Shown piece after piece: positions 12,385 to 22,444 of a stretch of 64,000 nucleotides of DNA (position 1 is its first letter; each line of letters opens with the position of its first letter). The position numbers and the translations under genes are program-made. The DNA lies in NCBI GenBank assembly GCA_037146995.1, contig JBAWWA010000002.1, positions 1,955 to 65,954 on the forward strand, given 5' to 3'. The notes under the pieces are model-generated. The model was not told the origin of the DNA, did no database searches, and saw only the letters and a list, made by a program, of their open reading frames with translations. This DNA is from a bacterium. Its GTDB lineage: Bacteria; Patescibacteriota; Patescibacteriia; Patescibacteriales; GWE2-39-37.

Positions 12385-13662
12385 TTAAATATAACGATCT
12401 AGTTTTAAAATATTATTAAACGCTAGCTCACCAGACAAGGCCTTAATCAGAGCATCCTGTCGCAAACTAACCAAGGTAGTGTCGTCTATTAAATCAATCA
12501 ATCGATATTGGCCAGTCTTATTAATTAAGCCATTTTTAAATTTCTTGTTAATCTGCGCAAATTCCACCAAGTCGGTCAGTCCTGTTAAGCCACTATTTTG
12601 ACATGACACACAACCGACGCCCTCGACAAAATGCCACTCCGAAGATATCAATTTAGCGAAAACTATTTTTGCCTTAACTGGCAAGTTATTGATTTCAGGC
12701 TGAATTAGATCTTTAGCTTGACTATCAATGTTAATAACTTGACGACATTTTTGACACACCTTTTCAATTTCTCTGACGACTAACACCCCACCAACCACCA
12801 AAAACCATAAATCTAGGTCGATATTTTGATGTCTTACAAATCTAAAAACATCATTTAAGCCATCAAAAATCATGCCGATAAAAACCTTCTTGCCGGCGAG
12901 TGCCAAATGAAGCGCAAAGTCAAGCTCAGCCGTGGTTTTTAATTCATCGATAATTATCACATCAAAATCCTGGGCCATCACCGCTCTCAGAGCAGTATCA
13001 CAAGTAAAACCAATTTCTGGCCTGATTTGTAATTGTTCAATCTTAGTAACATTTTTAGAGACATAATACTCAATCGATACCGCTTTTTCATTTTCACTTA
13101 AATTACTCAAGGCCAGAGAAAATAGGTAATCTTTGCGTTTTTCCACTTGCTTGCAAGTTACTATCGTGGCTGCCAGATTTTTCTTTAAATACTTGTCCAA
13201 AACCGCTTTGGTGAAATTATTAACTGGTAAGTCAGTAATTTTTTTATCTAGGTTATGATTAATATTAATCACCAAGCGAGATTCAGTTTGTGACAATTTA
13301 ATCCACGAAGCGTTTAAATAGTACTGGCGACCGTCTTGCTGATAAACTAGACGACTCAACTGAGGAAGCTTGTGTTGACTCTCGAAATCAAAATAATTAA
13401 CAACATAATTAAGTAATTCCAAAAATCTCACCCGATCGAATGCATAAACTATTCTTAATTTACCCTGATGACGGAACCTGATATTGCCGCCATTTTTTTG
13501 AAATTCAAAATGAATGGCCGTCACCGACTCATTGATCGCCGTGTCCACCACAACACCAAACAATCTATCGATTGCCAAATCAAAAAAATCCAACCGATGC
13601 AAATTTTTTGGAGTTATCGTTTCTAGGTTTTTTTTAGTTTTTTTTGCCAGAATTTTTGGCAT
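12385..13662 (-). CDS. PilB/PilT/GspE-family secretion-ATPase homologue with degenerate Walker A, Asp-box and His-box (probable pseudo-ATPase)
   Basis: Conserved TAIHFEF (SDIHIEP-like) and RFRHQG motifs, Walker-B-like DVIIIDEL and C-terminal tetracysteine CQKC...CVSC are present. No GxxGxGK[ST] anywhere in the 425 aa: the position reads TCKQVEKRKD. Confidence 0.65.
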   Translation of the reverse strand: MPKILAKKTKKNLETITPKNLHRLDFFDLAIDRLFGVVVDTAINESVTAIHFEFQKNGGNIRFRHQGKLRIVYAFDRVRFLELLNYVVNYFDFESQHKLPQLSRLVYQQDGRQYYLNASWIKLSQTESRLVININHNLDKKITDLPVNNFTKAVLDKYLKKNLAATIVTCKQVEKRKDYLFSLALSNLSENEKAVSIEYYVSKNVTKIEQLQIRPEIGFTCDTALRAVMAQDFDVIIIDELKTTAELDFALHLALAGKKVFIGMIFDGLNDVFRFVRHQNIDLDLWFLVVGGVLVVREIEKVCQKCRQVINIDSQAKDLIQPEINNLPVKAKIVFAKLISSEWHFVEGVGCVSCQNSGLTGLTDLVEFAQINKKFKNGLINKTGQYRLIDLIDDTTLVSLRQDALIKALSGELAFNNILKLDRYI

Positions 13663-13664
13663 AT

Positions 13665-14711
13665 TTATTCAAATCTATCAAGAGCTAAGCCTGCCGCCAC
13701 TGACAATCTAGGACTGATTTCAGTCAAAAGCGGCTTAAGCTCCAAAGGATACGAGATATGTGACCAAGAATCACCAACTATTACATTCATATTTAAAATA
13801 CGCGAAAGATAATTGGCCAAATTTGAAATCAAAGCTGAGCCGCCAGTTAGGATTAATTTTTCTACCTTCTTGTCACCTCGTCCCTGATAAAGGCCTATTA
13901 AATATTTTATCTCATTAACCAAAGGACTTAGAGACTCTTGAATAGTTTCAGATATTTGCGAATCAGCCGAATCGATAGCACTAATGCCCAGATCAAACTT
14001 CAGTTGCTCTGCTTCTTCCAGGCTAATGCTCATTTTTTGCGCCAAAATCTTTGACAAATTATCACCACCAATCTCAATGCTACGATTTAAAAAAGGTATG
14101 CCGCGTTCGATAATCGATACGTTAGTGGTTGTTGCACCAAATTCAGCAATCATAATCGTTGTCTTGTCGCGACCCATCAAGGCCCTGATCAACGAAAATG
14201 TTTCTGACTCAAGGTTTATTAATTTTAATTTGGCTTTTTTAAAAATATCTTGATACTTGGTAACCAGTACACGCGGAGCCGCAATAACAAAAATCTTTAA
14301 AAGTTCTCGGTTATTTTCCAAACGAGACTCGATCAAGCGCCATTCTAGAACTACATCTTCGATCGGTACCGGTAAAACTTTTTTAGTTTCCCATTCGACT
14401 GCTTGGTCAATCTTTTCCTTGTCGATATCAATCAGATTTATAATTGAAGAAAAAACCGAATAAGCCGGGAGCGAAGCCACGACTGAAGTCGCCTTCATGC
14501 CTGCCTGCGCAATAGTCTTGACTATCAATTCAGCAATTTTATCATTATCATTTCTCCATTTAACTTCAGCATCAGGTGTCAAATTTTCACTAAAGCCATA
14601 ACTTAGCAGCTTGGCCTGATCGCCTACCTTGGTTAATTCAACAATTTTTACACCAGAACTGCCCATATCGATACCAAGGTATCCGGTTTCAGGTGAAGAT
14701 AATATTCCCAT
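13665..14711 (-). CDS. pilM: type IV pilus assembly protein PilM (actin-like ATPase fold)
   Basis: N-terminal GIDMGSSGVKIVEL phosphate-1 motif. 348 aa. FtsA/PilM-like organisation. Head of the pilus gene string. Confidence 0.8.
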   Translation of the reverse strand: MGILSSPETGYLGIDMGSSGVKIVELTKVGDQAKLLSYGFSENLTPDAEVKWRNDNDKIAELIVKTIAQAGMKATSVVASLPAYSVFSSIINLIDIDKEKIDQAVEWETKKVLPVPIEDVVLEWRLIESRLENNRELLKIFVIAAPRVLVTKYQDIFKKAKLKLINLESETFSLIRALMGRDKTTIMIAEFGATTTNVSIIERGIPFLNRSIEIGGDNLSKILAQKMSISLEEAEQLKFDLGISAIDSADSQISETIQESLSPLVNEIKYLIGLYQGRGDKKVEKLILTGGSALISNLANYLSRILNMNVIVGDSWSHISYPLELKPLLTEISPRLSVAAGLALDRFE

Positions 14712-14794
14712 ATAGCACTTTATTAAGTAATGATTATATTATATAATAATAAGAGCTGATTGACAAACAATTTTTATCAAATATTATCGACCTT

Positions 14795-16054
14795 ATGAAT
14801 TTTTTTGAACGCTACAAGAAATTAATGATCGGCCTAGCCTTTATTGGCTTCACTGCCCTAATTGGCTATTTTTTATACATAGTGTTCTTTAAGCAATCAG
14901 TCACTACCATACCGATAACCGATGATCAATCGGGCAAAAGTCAAACTGGCTTGCCGTCTGCCTCTCTTGGCACTGACAATCAAATCATTAATAACGGCAC
15001 AGAACAAAAATTAACTGGTCAAAATACTAATAACAACACACCAACTCCTGACACAGGCAGCACCGCTGACTTAGTCGCCAAAGGTGGTATTACCAAAGTC
15101 GAAACTCTTACCAATACTCCCAGCTATGGTGTCAATATGGCCAAAGGCTCAAATGATGCCAGGTATTATGACTCAACTGAGGGTAAATTTTACAAAATCG
15201 ATGCCAATGGCAACAAGACTGCCCTATCGGATAAAAGCTTTTTCGAAGTTCAAAAAGTTACTTGGTCAGGCGCTAACAACAAGGCCATCTTAGAATATCC
15301 TGATGGCTCAAAAACCATTTATGATTTTGATAAGCAAAATCAAATTACCCTGCCCGAACATTGGAAGGATTTTTCATTTTCACCTGACGGTTCCGAGATT
15401 GTTATGAAAACAATGGCAAATGATGTGAACAATCGTTGGCTAGCGGTGACGTCAGCTGATGGCAACAAGGTTTATCCCGTCGAACGAATCGGCGATGAAG
15501 CCAGTATTATTCCGTCATGGTCACCAAACAAACAAATTGTGGCCATGTACACAGAAGGTGCTGGGCTGAATTCGCAAAAAGTCTACTTTGTCGGCTTGAA
15601 TGGTGAAAATTTTAAATCAGCCACCATTGATGGTCGTGACTTCAGACCGCAATGGTCACCACAAGGCGATGTCCTGGCCTACAGTACCTACTCCGATTCA
15701 TCAGACCTTAAGCCAAGCATGTATGTGGTACCTGCCCAGGGTGAACATATCGGCGAAAATACTAAAAATTTAGAAATAAATACCTGGGCTGACAAGTGTT
15801 CTTTTGCAGACAACACCACATTGTACTGTGCTGTACCAAAAGAACTTGAAAGAGGGGCAGGACTCTTTCCCAAAATGGCAGACAACACGGCTGATGACAT
15901 TTACAAGATCGATGTGCAAAGTGGCTTAAAAACCAAGATTGCCGTCCCTGAAACAGATTTGAATATCGTTGAAATGAGCATCTCGGCCGATGGTAGTAAT
16001 TTATTTTTTAATGACAAAGCAACTGGCTTATTACACAAGATTAAACTAAAATAA
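14795..16054 (+). CDS. membrane-anchored TolB-like beta-propeller (PD40 repeat) protein
   Basis: N-terminal TM helix. Repeated FSFSPDGSEIV / PSWSPNKQIVA / PQWSPQGDVLAY / ISADGSNLFF PD40-like blades. Confidence 0.6.
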   Translation: MNFFERYKKLMIGLAFIGFTALIGYFLYIVFFKQSVTTIPITDDQSGKSQTGLPSASLGTDNQIINNGTEQKLTGQNTNNNTPTPDTGSTADLVAKGGITKVETLTNTPSYGVNMAKGSNDARYYDSTEGKFYKIDANGNKTALSDKSFFEVQKVTWSGANNKAILEYPDGSKTIYDFDKQNQITLPEHWKDFSFSPDGSEIVMKTMANDVNNRWLAVTSADGNKVYPVERIGDEASIIPSWSPNKQIVAMYTEGAGLNSQKVYFVGLNGENFKSATIDGRDFRPQWSPQGDVLAYSTYSDSSDLKPSMYVVPAQGEHIGENTKNLEINTWADKCSFADNTTLYCAVPKELERGAGLFPKMADNTADDIYKIDVQSGLKTKIAVPETDLNIVEMSISADGSNLFFNDKATGLLHKIKLK

Positions 16055-16266
16055 TGAAAACAAAAAAATCAAACAAACTGTTTATCATATTTTCAATTAG
16101 CACGCTTATTATCGGAGTAATTGCTTTTAAATATTTATTAATAACCAGTCGACATAGCAGTAGTAATAATAGTCAGTCGGTCACAGCTACCAAAAGTCTG
16201 GATGCAAGTTGCTTTTCTACTACCGAAGACCCATTTGTCACAAAAGTCGACCCAAACTGCAACTAA
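16054..16266 (+). CDS. small membrane protein (70 aa)
   Basis: TAATGA start/stop overlap with upstream gene and stop abutting radA start. One TM helix. Confidence 0.45.
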   Translation: MKTKKSNKLFIIFSISTLIIGVIAFKYLLITSRHSSSNNSQSVTATKSLDASCFSTTEDPFVTKVDPNCN

Positions 16267-17616
16267 ATGTCCAAAATAACTACCATATTTACCTGCTCAA
16301 AATGTGGCGCCCAGTATCCTAAATGGACTGGGCGTTGTTCTGAATGCAGCAGCTGGGGCACAATCGTTCAAGAAACTAAAGATGCCCATACAAACAATAA
16401 AGACAGTCATAAGCAGAATGCCATCGAAACAATTGATTTAGCCACCCTAAAAAAACAAGAAAACAAGCGTCTATCAACTGGGCTAATCGAGCTTGACCGT
16501 GTTTTTGGTGGTGGTTTAGTTCCGGGCTCTTTGATACTACTTGGTGGCGAACCAGGTATTGGCAAATCAACGATCGTGGCTCAAATCGTCAATGAGCTAA
16601 AAAAAAATAAACCAGTCTTATATGTTTCTGGTGAAGAATCTGCTAATCAAGTCAAAGACCGTCTTGAACGTTTAAACATCAACTTTGATAATCTACATTT
16701 TTTAGCTGAGACAAATACGGAAAAAATTGCCGCCACTGCCATAAAGCTCAACCCCGAACTTTTAGTTATTGACTCGATTCAGACCGTGTACTCAAATCAT
16801 GCCGACTCGGAAGCTGGCAGTCTATCACAAATCAGGGCAAGCGCTGTAAGTTTTTTGGAAGTTGCCAAACAGCATGATATTACAACCATAATCATTGGTC
16901 ACATCACCAAGGATGGCCAACTAGCTGGACCAAAAAGCTTGGAACACATAGTTGATGTTGTACTCTATCTAGAGACCGAAAGTAGTCATAATTACAGAAT
17001 ACTCAGATCCAGCAAAAACAGATTTGGCTCAGTCAATGAACTGGGCATTTTTGACATGACAGTCAGTGGCTTCAAAGAGGTCAAGAATCCAGGTTCAATT
17101 TTTCTTGATGTTCATAATCAAGACTTATCAGGCTCAGTCATTAGTTGTGTCATGGAAGGCTCTAGGCCCTTTCTAGTTGAGGTTCAAGCCTTGGTGACCA
17201 AGACCATATTTGGCTATCCTCAAAGAAAAGCCTCTGGCTATGATATAAATCGTTTGCAAGTCCTGACGGCCGTCCTGATGAAGCGAGCTAATTTAAATCT
17301 AACCGACAAAGACATAATCCTAAATGTAGTGGGCGGTTTAAAAATTAACGACCCTGCCCTAGATCTGGCTGTCTGCACTGCCGTCATTTCGTCATTAACG
17401 AATATTGTTATAAATCGCCAAACTTTAATTATTGGCGAAGTCGGTTTAGGCGGTGAAATTCGCAATGTCAGCAAGCTTGATGTTCGACTCAATGAAGCTA
17501 GCAAGTTAGGCTTTACTAAAGTCTTAACTCCGGTGTCACCAATTCAAAGTAAAAAAACCGAACAAATTAATTTAAAAAACGTGAGCGACCTTGTTGAATA
17601 CTTGGCAAAAAATTAA
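16267..17616 (+). CDS. radA: DNA repair protein RadA/Sms
   Basis: N-terminal CSKCGAQYPKWTGRCSECSSW zinc finger. Walker A GGEPGIGKST. KNRFG motif. C-terminal Lon-like domain. Confidence 0.9.
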   Translation: MSKITTIFTCSKCGAQYPKWTGRCSECSSWGTIVQETKDAHTNNKDSHKQNAIETIDLATLKKQENKRLSTGLIELDRVFGGGLVPGSLILLGGEPGIGKSTIVAQIVNELKKNKPVLYVSGEESANQVKDRLERLNINFDNLHFLAETNTEKIAATAIKLNPELLVIDSIQTVYSNHADSEAGSLSQIRASAVSFLEVAKQHDITTIIIGHITKDGQLAGPKSLEHIVDVVLYLETESSHNYRILRSSKNRFGSVNELGIFDMTVSGFKEVKNPGSIFLDVHNQDLSGSVISCVMEGSRPFLVEVQALVTKTIFGYPQRKASGYDINRLQVLTAVLMKRANLNLTDKDIILNVVGGLKINDPALDLAVCTAVISSLTNIVINRQTLIIGEVGLGGEIRNVSKLDVRLNEASKLGFTKVLTPVSPIQSKKTEQINLKNVSDLVEYLAKN

Positions 17617-17642
17617 ATCTTGAACTCATAAAAATAAAAAAA

Positions 17643-17667
17643 CTCCACTGATTAGTGGAGCTTTTTT
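17643..17667. terminator. bidirectional terminator between radA and SpoIID-like gene
   Basis: ACTCCACT-gatt-AGTGGAG followed by TTTTTT, preceded by A-run. Confidence 0.6.
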
Positions 17668-17677
17668 AAAATAAACT

Positions 17678-19345
17678 CTAATAAACTTTTAAGATATCAA
17701 CTCCAGTATAAAAGTACTTTATAACCGTATCCCATTTTTTAGCATCATTTACGACCATTAATAAAGCGCCTCTGGCACTCATACCAACACCATGTCCCCA
17801 AAGTGTTTGACCAGTATCTTGAGGCACCTGTACTGGCACAAGCCAAGGCATGCCAGCCCCACCCCATACCTCCTGATAACTTCGAGTATGACCATCTGAA
17901 CGTGAAAAATATGGCGTTACAATGATTTTGCCTTGATAGGCTACAACCATGCCCCTGGTTTCATTCTCAGCCTGAACTAAGGTTGGCATCCTAGCCTCAG
18001 AGCTGTAGCCACGATAAACCTGATCATAAGTGGAATCTAAATGAAAATGTTCATCAGCATGTTTGGTTGATCCGTCAGGAATCTTAAAGTCAATACCTCT
18101 ATTATAATGATACATGGCATAGCTTCTAGCGGCAGCTAACATTACTTTTTGAAATTCTACAGGTGAATAATTTGATGTCTCACCGAGGCCCTTTAGATAA
18201 AATGATAATGGCAGCTCATTGATAACCCAGAATTTTTTAGTTTTCGTCGAATAATTAAATTCAATTATATTTCTAAATTTATTATCTCTTGTTGTGCCAC
18301 TTCCTTGAGCCACTGCACGATAATTAACCAACGTGGCAACCGAATTTTTTAATCTAGGCACGATTCTAATGGGAAAATTACTGTATTTTGTTATACCCAA
18401 TAATTTAACATAATATTGTTTGGTCGAGGTCGAGAAACCAACCTCTATAGTGGTTGCCGGAATAGCACCAGAGAAAAGCGGTAACGTGCCAGTCATAATG
18501 TCAGTAATTGATTCATGAGATACGATCTGAGAATCAACTGTCGCAAATAAGCCTATGCGCATCATGGGCTCAGTTTTATCTTGAATATTAATATCACTTT
18601 GCCCACTTGAATTGCTTGGCTCGATAGCGCTAGTGTTGCAATTTGCCAAAGCGGCAATCTGATCTGAGGTCACTAATCCAGTTGACGAGCATAAAAAACT
18701 AGAGGCGGCAGTGGAGGTTTTTGTAGATAAATTGCTGGCAATATTTGTATAAATGGTTGAAATTGGCGTCGCGATCGGATTATTATTTGTATTTACTGTT
18801 GACTGAGTATTTGTATTGACCGTTGCCGCAGTCACCGAGGCTGCTTTGTTAACATTTACAAAAACCCGTACAACAGAGCCCTTAATCACCTGTGCCCCAT
18901 TCTCGACCAGCTGAAAATTTTGTTGAATATCACCAGTAACCGCTACCGGAGCCTGTAAATAAAAAGTAAAGCTGCTACTTTTGCCTGGCATAACATCAGT
19001 ATTTAATCCTATTACACGATAATAATTCAGCCAGCTACTATGCTGCAATTGACTCTGACTTTTTAAAAAATCACCAGTCTCTAAAAAAACCTGACCCTTC
19101 TTCCAGATTTTACTGCCATTATTTTTCAAAGTAATGGTCACGGCTGAGGATTTGCCTTGATTAATCGCTGTGAAAATAGTACCGACAGTCGCCTCAGCTT
19201 GTGAGTCTTCCGCGAAAGCTAGTGCCCCTGAGCCAGAAATCAAAAAAACAGTAAAAACAAAAAAAATCAAGCTGAGTGCTATTTTTTTAGTTATTACTGC
19301 CTTCCTAAAACCAACCGCTAACTTGAATTTGTAAAGATTCATCAT
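17678..19345 (-). CDS. secreted SpoIID/LytB-domain protein
   Basis: Signal peptide/TM. C-terminal region with YYLKGLGE...YHY...STYDQVY...PYFSRSDGHTRSYQEVWGG characteristic of the SpoIID/LytB amidase-enhancer domain. Confidence 0.7.
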   Translation of the reverse strand: MMNLYKFKLAVGFRKAVITKKIALSLIFFVFTVFLISGSGALAFAEDSQAEATVGTIFTAINQGKSSAVTITLKNNGSKIWKKGQVFLETGDFLKSQSQLQHSSWLNYYRVIGLNTDVMPGKSSSFTFYLQAPVAVTGDIQQNFQLVENGAQVIKGSVVRVFVNVNKAASVTAATVNTNTQSTVNTNNNPIATPISTIYTNIASNLSTKTSTAASSFLCSSTGLVTSDQIAALANCNTSAIEPSNSSGQSDINIQDKTEPMMRIGLFATVDSQIVSHESITDIMTGTLPLFSGAIPATTIEVGFSTSTKQYYVKLLGITKYSNFPIRIVPRLKNSVATLVNYRAVAQGSGTTRDNKFRNIIEFNYSTKTKKFWVINELPLSFYLKGLGETSNYSPVEFQKVMLAAARSYAMYHYNRGIDFKIPDGSTKHADEHFHLDSTYDQVYRGYSSEARMPTLVQAENETRGMVVAYQGKIIVTPYFSRSDGHTRSYQEVWGGAGMPWLVPVQVPQDTGQTLWGHGVGMSARGALLMVVNDAKKWDTVIKYFYTGVDILKVY

Positions 19346-19563
19346 TGCTTCGTTTTTATTTTATATTTGTTTTTGCAGGTTATGCACTTTTTGCGCACAA
19401 CTTATTTTATACGTTTAAATTATACCAAAAAAACACATAATGGTCAAAAGATGTTGCCTAGTTATTGATTTTAGCTAGCATTTCTTCACACACCCTTGCC
19501 AAAGTTGTTTTTTTTTGTTATATTCTATTTAGCCTTTTTTAGGCTATATTTTTTTATTTTTTA

Positions 19564-19636
19564 GCGCCGTTAGCTCAGCCGGTAGAGCAGGTCCCTTTTA
19601 AGGACAAGGTCGCAGGTCCGAATCCTGCACGGCGCA
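19564..19636 (+). tRNA. tRNA-Lys (anticodon TTT)
   Basis: Acceptor GCGCCGT/ACGGCGC, D-arm GCTCAGCCGGTAGAGC, anticodon loop CTTTTAA, T-arm GCAGG-TCCGAAT-CCTGC, discriminator A. CCA not encoded. Confidence 0.85.
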
Positions 19637-19793
19637 CATTTAGTAATCACTTATTAATTTTGGTGATTATTTTTTTTGTTTATATTAGCCAACCTTAATT
19701 ACTTTTTAACACTAACTCTCGGTTAAATCTAGCGCACCCTTGCAATTTTTCCTTACCTTGATTTTAGAGGAGCAAAAAGGTAATATACTTAAT

Positions 19794-21179
19794 ATGAGCG
19801 AGCCAATAGGAAAACTACCACCCCAAAGCGTTGAAACCGAGGAATCACTCCTTGGTTGTTTATTGATTGATAAAGATGCCATTATCAATGTTGCCGACCT
19901 CATCACTTCTGATGATTTTTATCGTGACGCCAATCGTATCATCTATGAAACGATGCGCGAGCTATTTGCCAGGCAGGAACCTATAGATATAATCACTCTA
20001 ACCAATAAATTAGAGGAAAAAGGAAAATTAGAGATAATTGGCGGACGTACGAATTTAGCGCGACTTTCAAATATGGTGGCTTCAAGTGCTCATGTTGCTT
20101 CATATGCTGCCATCGTCCAAAAAAAAGCAACGCTACGACGTCTAATTGAAGTCTCAAGAGAATTATCAGAGATGGGCTATGCAGAGGATGAAGATGTTGA
20201 TGCCCTGCTCGATGAAGCTGAGAAAAAATTATTTTCAGTTTCACAAAAAAATTCTAAAAATGCTTTTACACAAATTGACGCCTTGCTGGCTGGGGCCTTC
20301 GATCGCATCGACGAACTTCATCGTCAATCAGGCAAACTACGCGGATTATCAACTGGCTTTGTCGATCTAGACAAATTACTCGCTGGTTTTCAACGTTCAG
20401 ATTTAATTATCTTGGCCGCCCGCCCCGCCGTCGGAAAAACTTCACTAGCCCTAGATTTTGCCAGATTCGTATCTTTAAAAAATAATGCTTCAGTGGGTTT
20501 GTTTTCACTAGAAATGAGCAAAGACCAGCTAGTTGATCGTATGCTTTGCGCACAGGCACAAGTAAATCTATGGAAAATGCGTACGGGTAACCTCTCAGAC
20601 AAAGAGGAGGACAATGATTTTACTAAAATTGGCAAAGCCATGGGTCAATTGGCTGAAGCCAAAATTTTCATCGATGATACTTCGAATACCAACATTATGG
20701 ATATTCGCACCAAATGTAGGCGTCTAAAAATGGAACACGGCCTTGACTTCATTGTTATTGACTACCTTCAACTCATGGAGGGCCGCGGCAAATCACAAGA
20801 CAATCGCGTGCAAGAAGTCTCAGAGATATCCCGCGGTTTAAAGGGTATTGCCCGCGAACTAGATGTACCGGTTCTAGCCCTTTCTCAACTCTCTCGTACC
20901 GTCGAGCAAAGCACGCCAGCCATACCGAAGCTTTCTCATTTACGTGAATCTGGCTCAATCGAACAAGACGCCGATATCGTATTGTTTATTTATCGCAAAG
21001 CGGCTGATAGAAACTATCGCCTAGAAGATCTTTCTGATTTTGAGAAACATTCAGCCGAAATACATATTGCAAAACACAGAAATGGCCCGACTGGCATGGT
21101 ACCACTATACTTTAATCCAGACACAGCCAACTATCATAATCTAGAACATCAAGGTTATGAAGCCCCACCAGAATTTTAA
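19794..21179 (+). CDS. dnaB: replicative DNA helicase DnaB
   Basis: N-terminal PPQSVETEESLLGCLL. Walker A ARPAVGKTSLAL. Helicase motifs through to the RecA-like C-terminus. Start taken at the internal ATG (MSEPIGKLPP) rather than the ORF-track start. Confidence 0.85.
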   Translation: MSEPIGKLPPQSVETEESLLGCLLIDKDAIINVADLITSDDFYRDANRIIYETMRELFARQEPIDIITLTNKLEEKGKLEIIGGRTNLARLSNMVASSAHVASYAAIVQKKATLRRLIEVSRELSEMGYAEDEDVDALLDEAEKKLFSVSQKNSKNAFTQIDALLAGAFDRIDELHRQSGKLRGLSTGFVDLDKLLAGFQRSDLIILAARPAVGKTSLALDFARFVSLKNNASVGLFSLEMSKDQLVDRMLCAQAQVNLWKMRTGNLSDKEEDNDFTKIGKAMGQLAEAKIFIDDTSNTNIMDIRTKCRRLKMEHGLDFIVIDYLQLMEGRGKSQDNRVQEVSEISRGLKGIARELDVPVLALSQLSRTVEQSTPAIPKLSHLRESGSIEQDADIVLFIYRKAADRNYRLEDLSDFEKHSAEIHIAKHRNGPTGMVPLYFNPDTANYHNLEHQGYEAPPEF

Positions 21180-21196
21180 AATTAATAATTAATAAT

Positions 21197-21475
21197 ATGT
21201 TCAACAAATTAAAACAATTCAAAGATCTTAGGGATCAAGCCAAAACTTTGCAAAGTGCCCTGGCCAAAGAATCAATCACACTTGATAAAAATGGAGTCAA
21301 ATTAACCATGAATGGCAATATGGAAGTAACAAACATTGTCATAACCGAGCAATTAGCAAACGACAAGATGGCCTCAACTATGAAAGACTTAATGAATGAT
21401 TCTGTAAAGAAAATGCAAAGGATAATGGCTGAAAAAATGCAATCAATGGGTGGTTTTCCTGGACTGGGCATGTAA
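21197..21475 (+). CDS. ybaB: nucleoid-associated protein YbaB/EbfC
   Basis: 92 aa. Characteristic QAQ...MNGN...V..I motif pattern and C-terminal MGGFPGLGM. Conserved position upstream of recR. Confidence 0.8.
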   Translation: MFNKLKQFKDLRDQAKTLQSALAKESITLDKNGVKLTMNGNMEVTNIVITEQLANDKMASTMKDLMNDSVKKMQRIMAEKMQSMGGFPGLGM

Positions 21476-21566
21476 TCACTATTTTTCGATTCCCAATTTT
21501 CAAGTTTTAATACAGAACTGTAATGATCAACTACTTGAAAATTGACTAATGAAAATTATCCCCTAA

Positions 21567-22163
21567 ATGAAATTCCCAAAAGCGATTACAAATCTAATAA
21601 ACGAGCTAGCAAATTGGCCGACAGTTGGACCCAAGACCGCTGAAAGATTTGCTTTTTATCTGCACAAACAAAGCAAAGAATCATTAATCAATCTGGCTAA
21701 AATATTAGTTGAATTAAAAGAACGAACCACTACCTGCTCTGTTTGTTTTGCCCTGGCTGAAACCAACCCGTGCAATATTTGCATGGACAACAAAAGAGAC
21801 AATAAAACTATTTGCGTTGTGGCTAACTACCGTGATTTAATCAGCATTGATAACACAAAACAATTTAATGGTAAATTTTTTGTTTTAAATGGTGAATTGT
21901 CACATCTAGATGGTATCGGTCCAGAACAACTCAATATTCAAAAATTAGTTGACAATATTCAAAAAAATAAAACCGAAGAACTAATTTTAGCTTTAAACCC
22001 CACAATCGAGGGCGAGACGACTGCCATGTATTTGAAGAAATTACTTAGTCCACTCAATCTTCGTGTAACCAGACTGGCCAGAGGTCTACCCATGGGCTCA
22101 GACCTAGAATACGTTGATGAATTAACACTAACCAATGCGTTAAAATATAGAAATGATCTTTAA
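21567..22163 (+). CDS. recR: recombination protein RecR
   Basis: HhH N-terminus, C4 zinc finger CSVCFALAETNPCNIC, Toprim domain. Confidence 0.9.
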   Translation: MKFPKAITNLINELANWPTVGPKTAERFAFYLHKQSKESLINLAKILVELKERTTTCSVCFALAETNPCNICMDNKRDNKTICVVANYRDLISIDNTKQFNGKFFVLNGELSHLDGIGPEQLNIQKLVDNIQKNKTEELILALNPTIEGETTAMYLKKLLSPLNLRVTRLARGLPMGSDLEYVDELTLTNALKYRNDL

Positions 22164-22181
22164 AAAAAGGAGATATTAATA

Positions 22182-22430
22182 GTGAATACTAACATTGACA
22201 ATGAAGACGAAGTTGATCGATCGATCATGACAGAATTTACGATTTTTAATGTATGCGCTTTTTGCGGTAACTTAAACTTCAAAGAAATCGATCCGAAAGA
22301 TTGTTCACTTTGCGGCACTGGCAGAGTCGAAATAGAGATAATTATCCAAAATATTTTAATCAGACAGGCAAAAATTGCAGCTCAGGTGAAAACAAGCCCA
22401 TGCAAAGTTTGCAACAACCATCATCCCTAA
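22182..22430 (+). CDS. small Cys-rich zinc-ribbon-like protein (82 aa)
   Basis: CAFC...CSLC...CKVC pairs. No known family recognised. Confidence 0.4.
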   Translation: MNTNIDNEDEVDRSIMTEFTIFNVCAFCGNLNFKEIDPKDCSLCGTGRVEIEIIIQNILIRQAKIAAQVKTSPCKVCNNHHP

Positions 22431-22444
22431 ATAGGAGGCCAAAA

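Noticed and set aside
19740-19793. Upstream ATG for dnaB giving an 18-aa N-terminal extension (MQFFLTLILEEQKGNILN)
   Set aside because: The extension is hydrophobic, has no RBS, and overlaps the tRNA-Lys downstream region. The internal ATG (19794) gives a canonical DnaB N-terminus.
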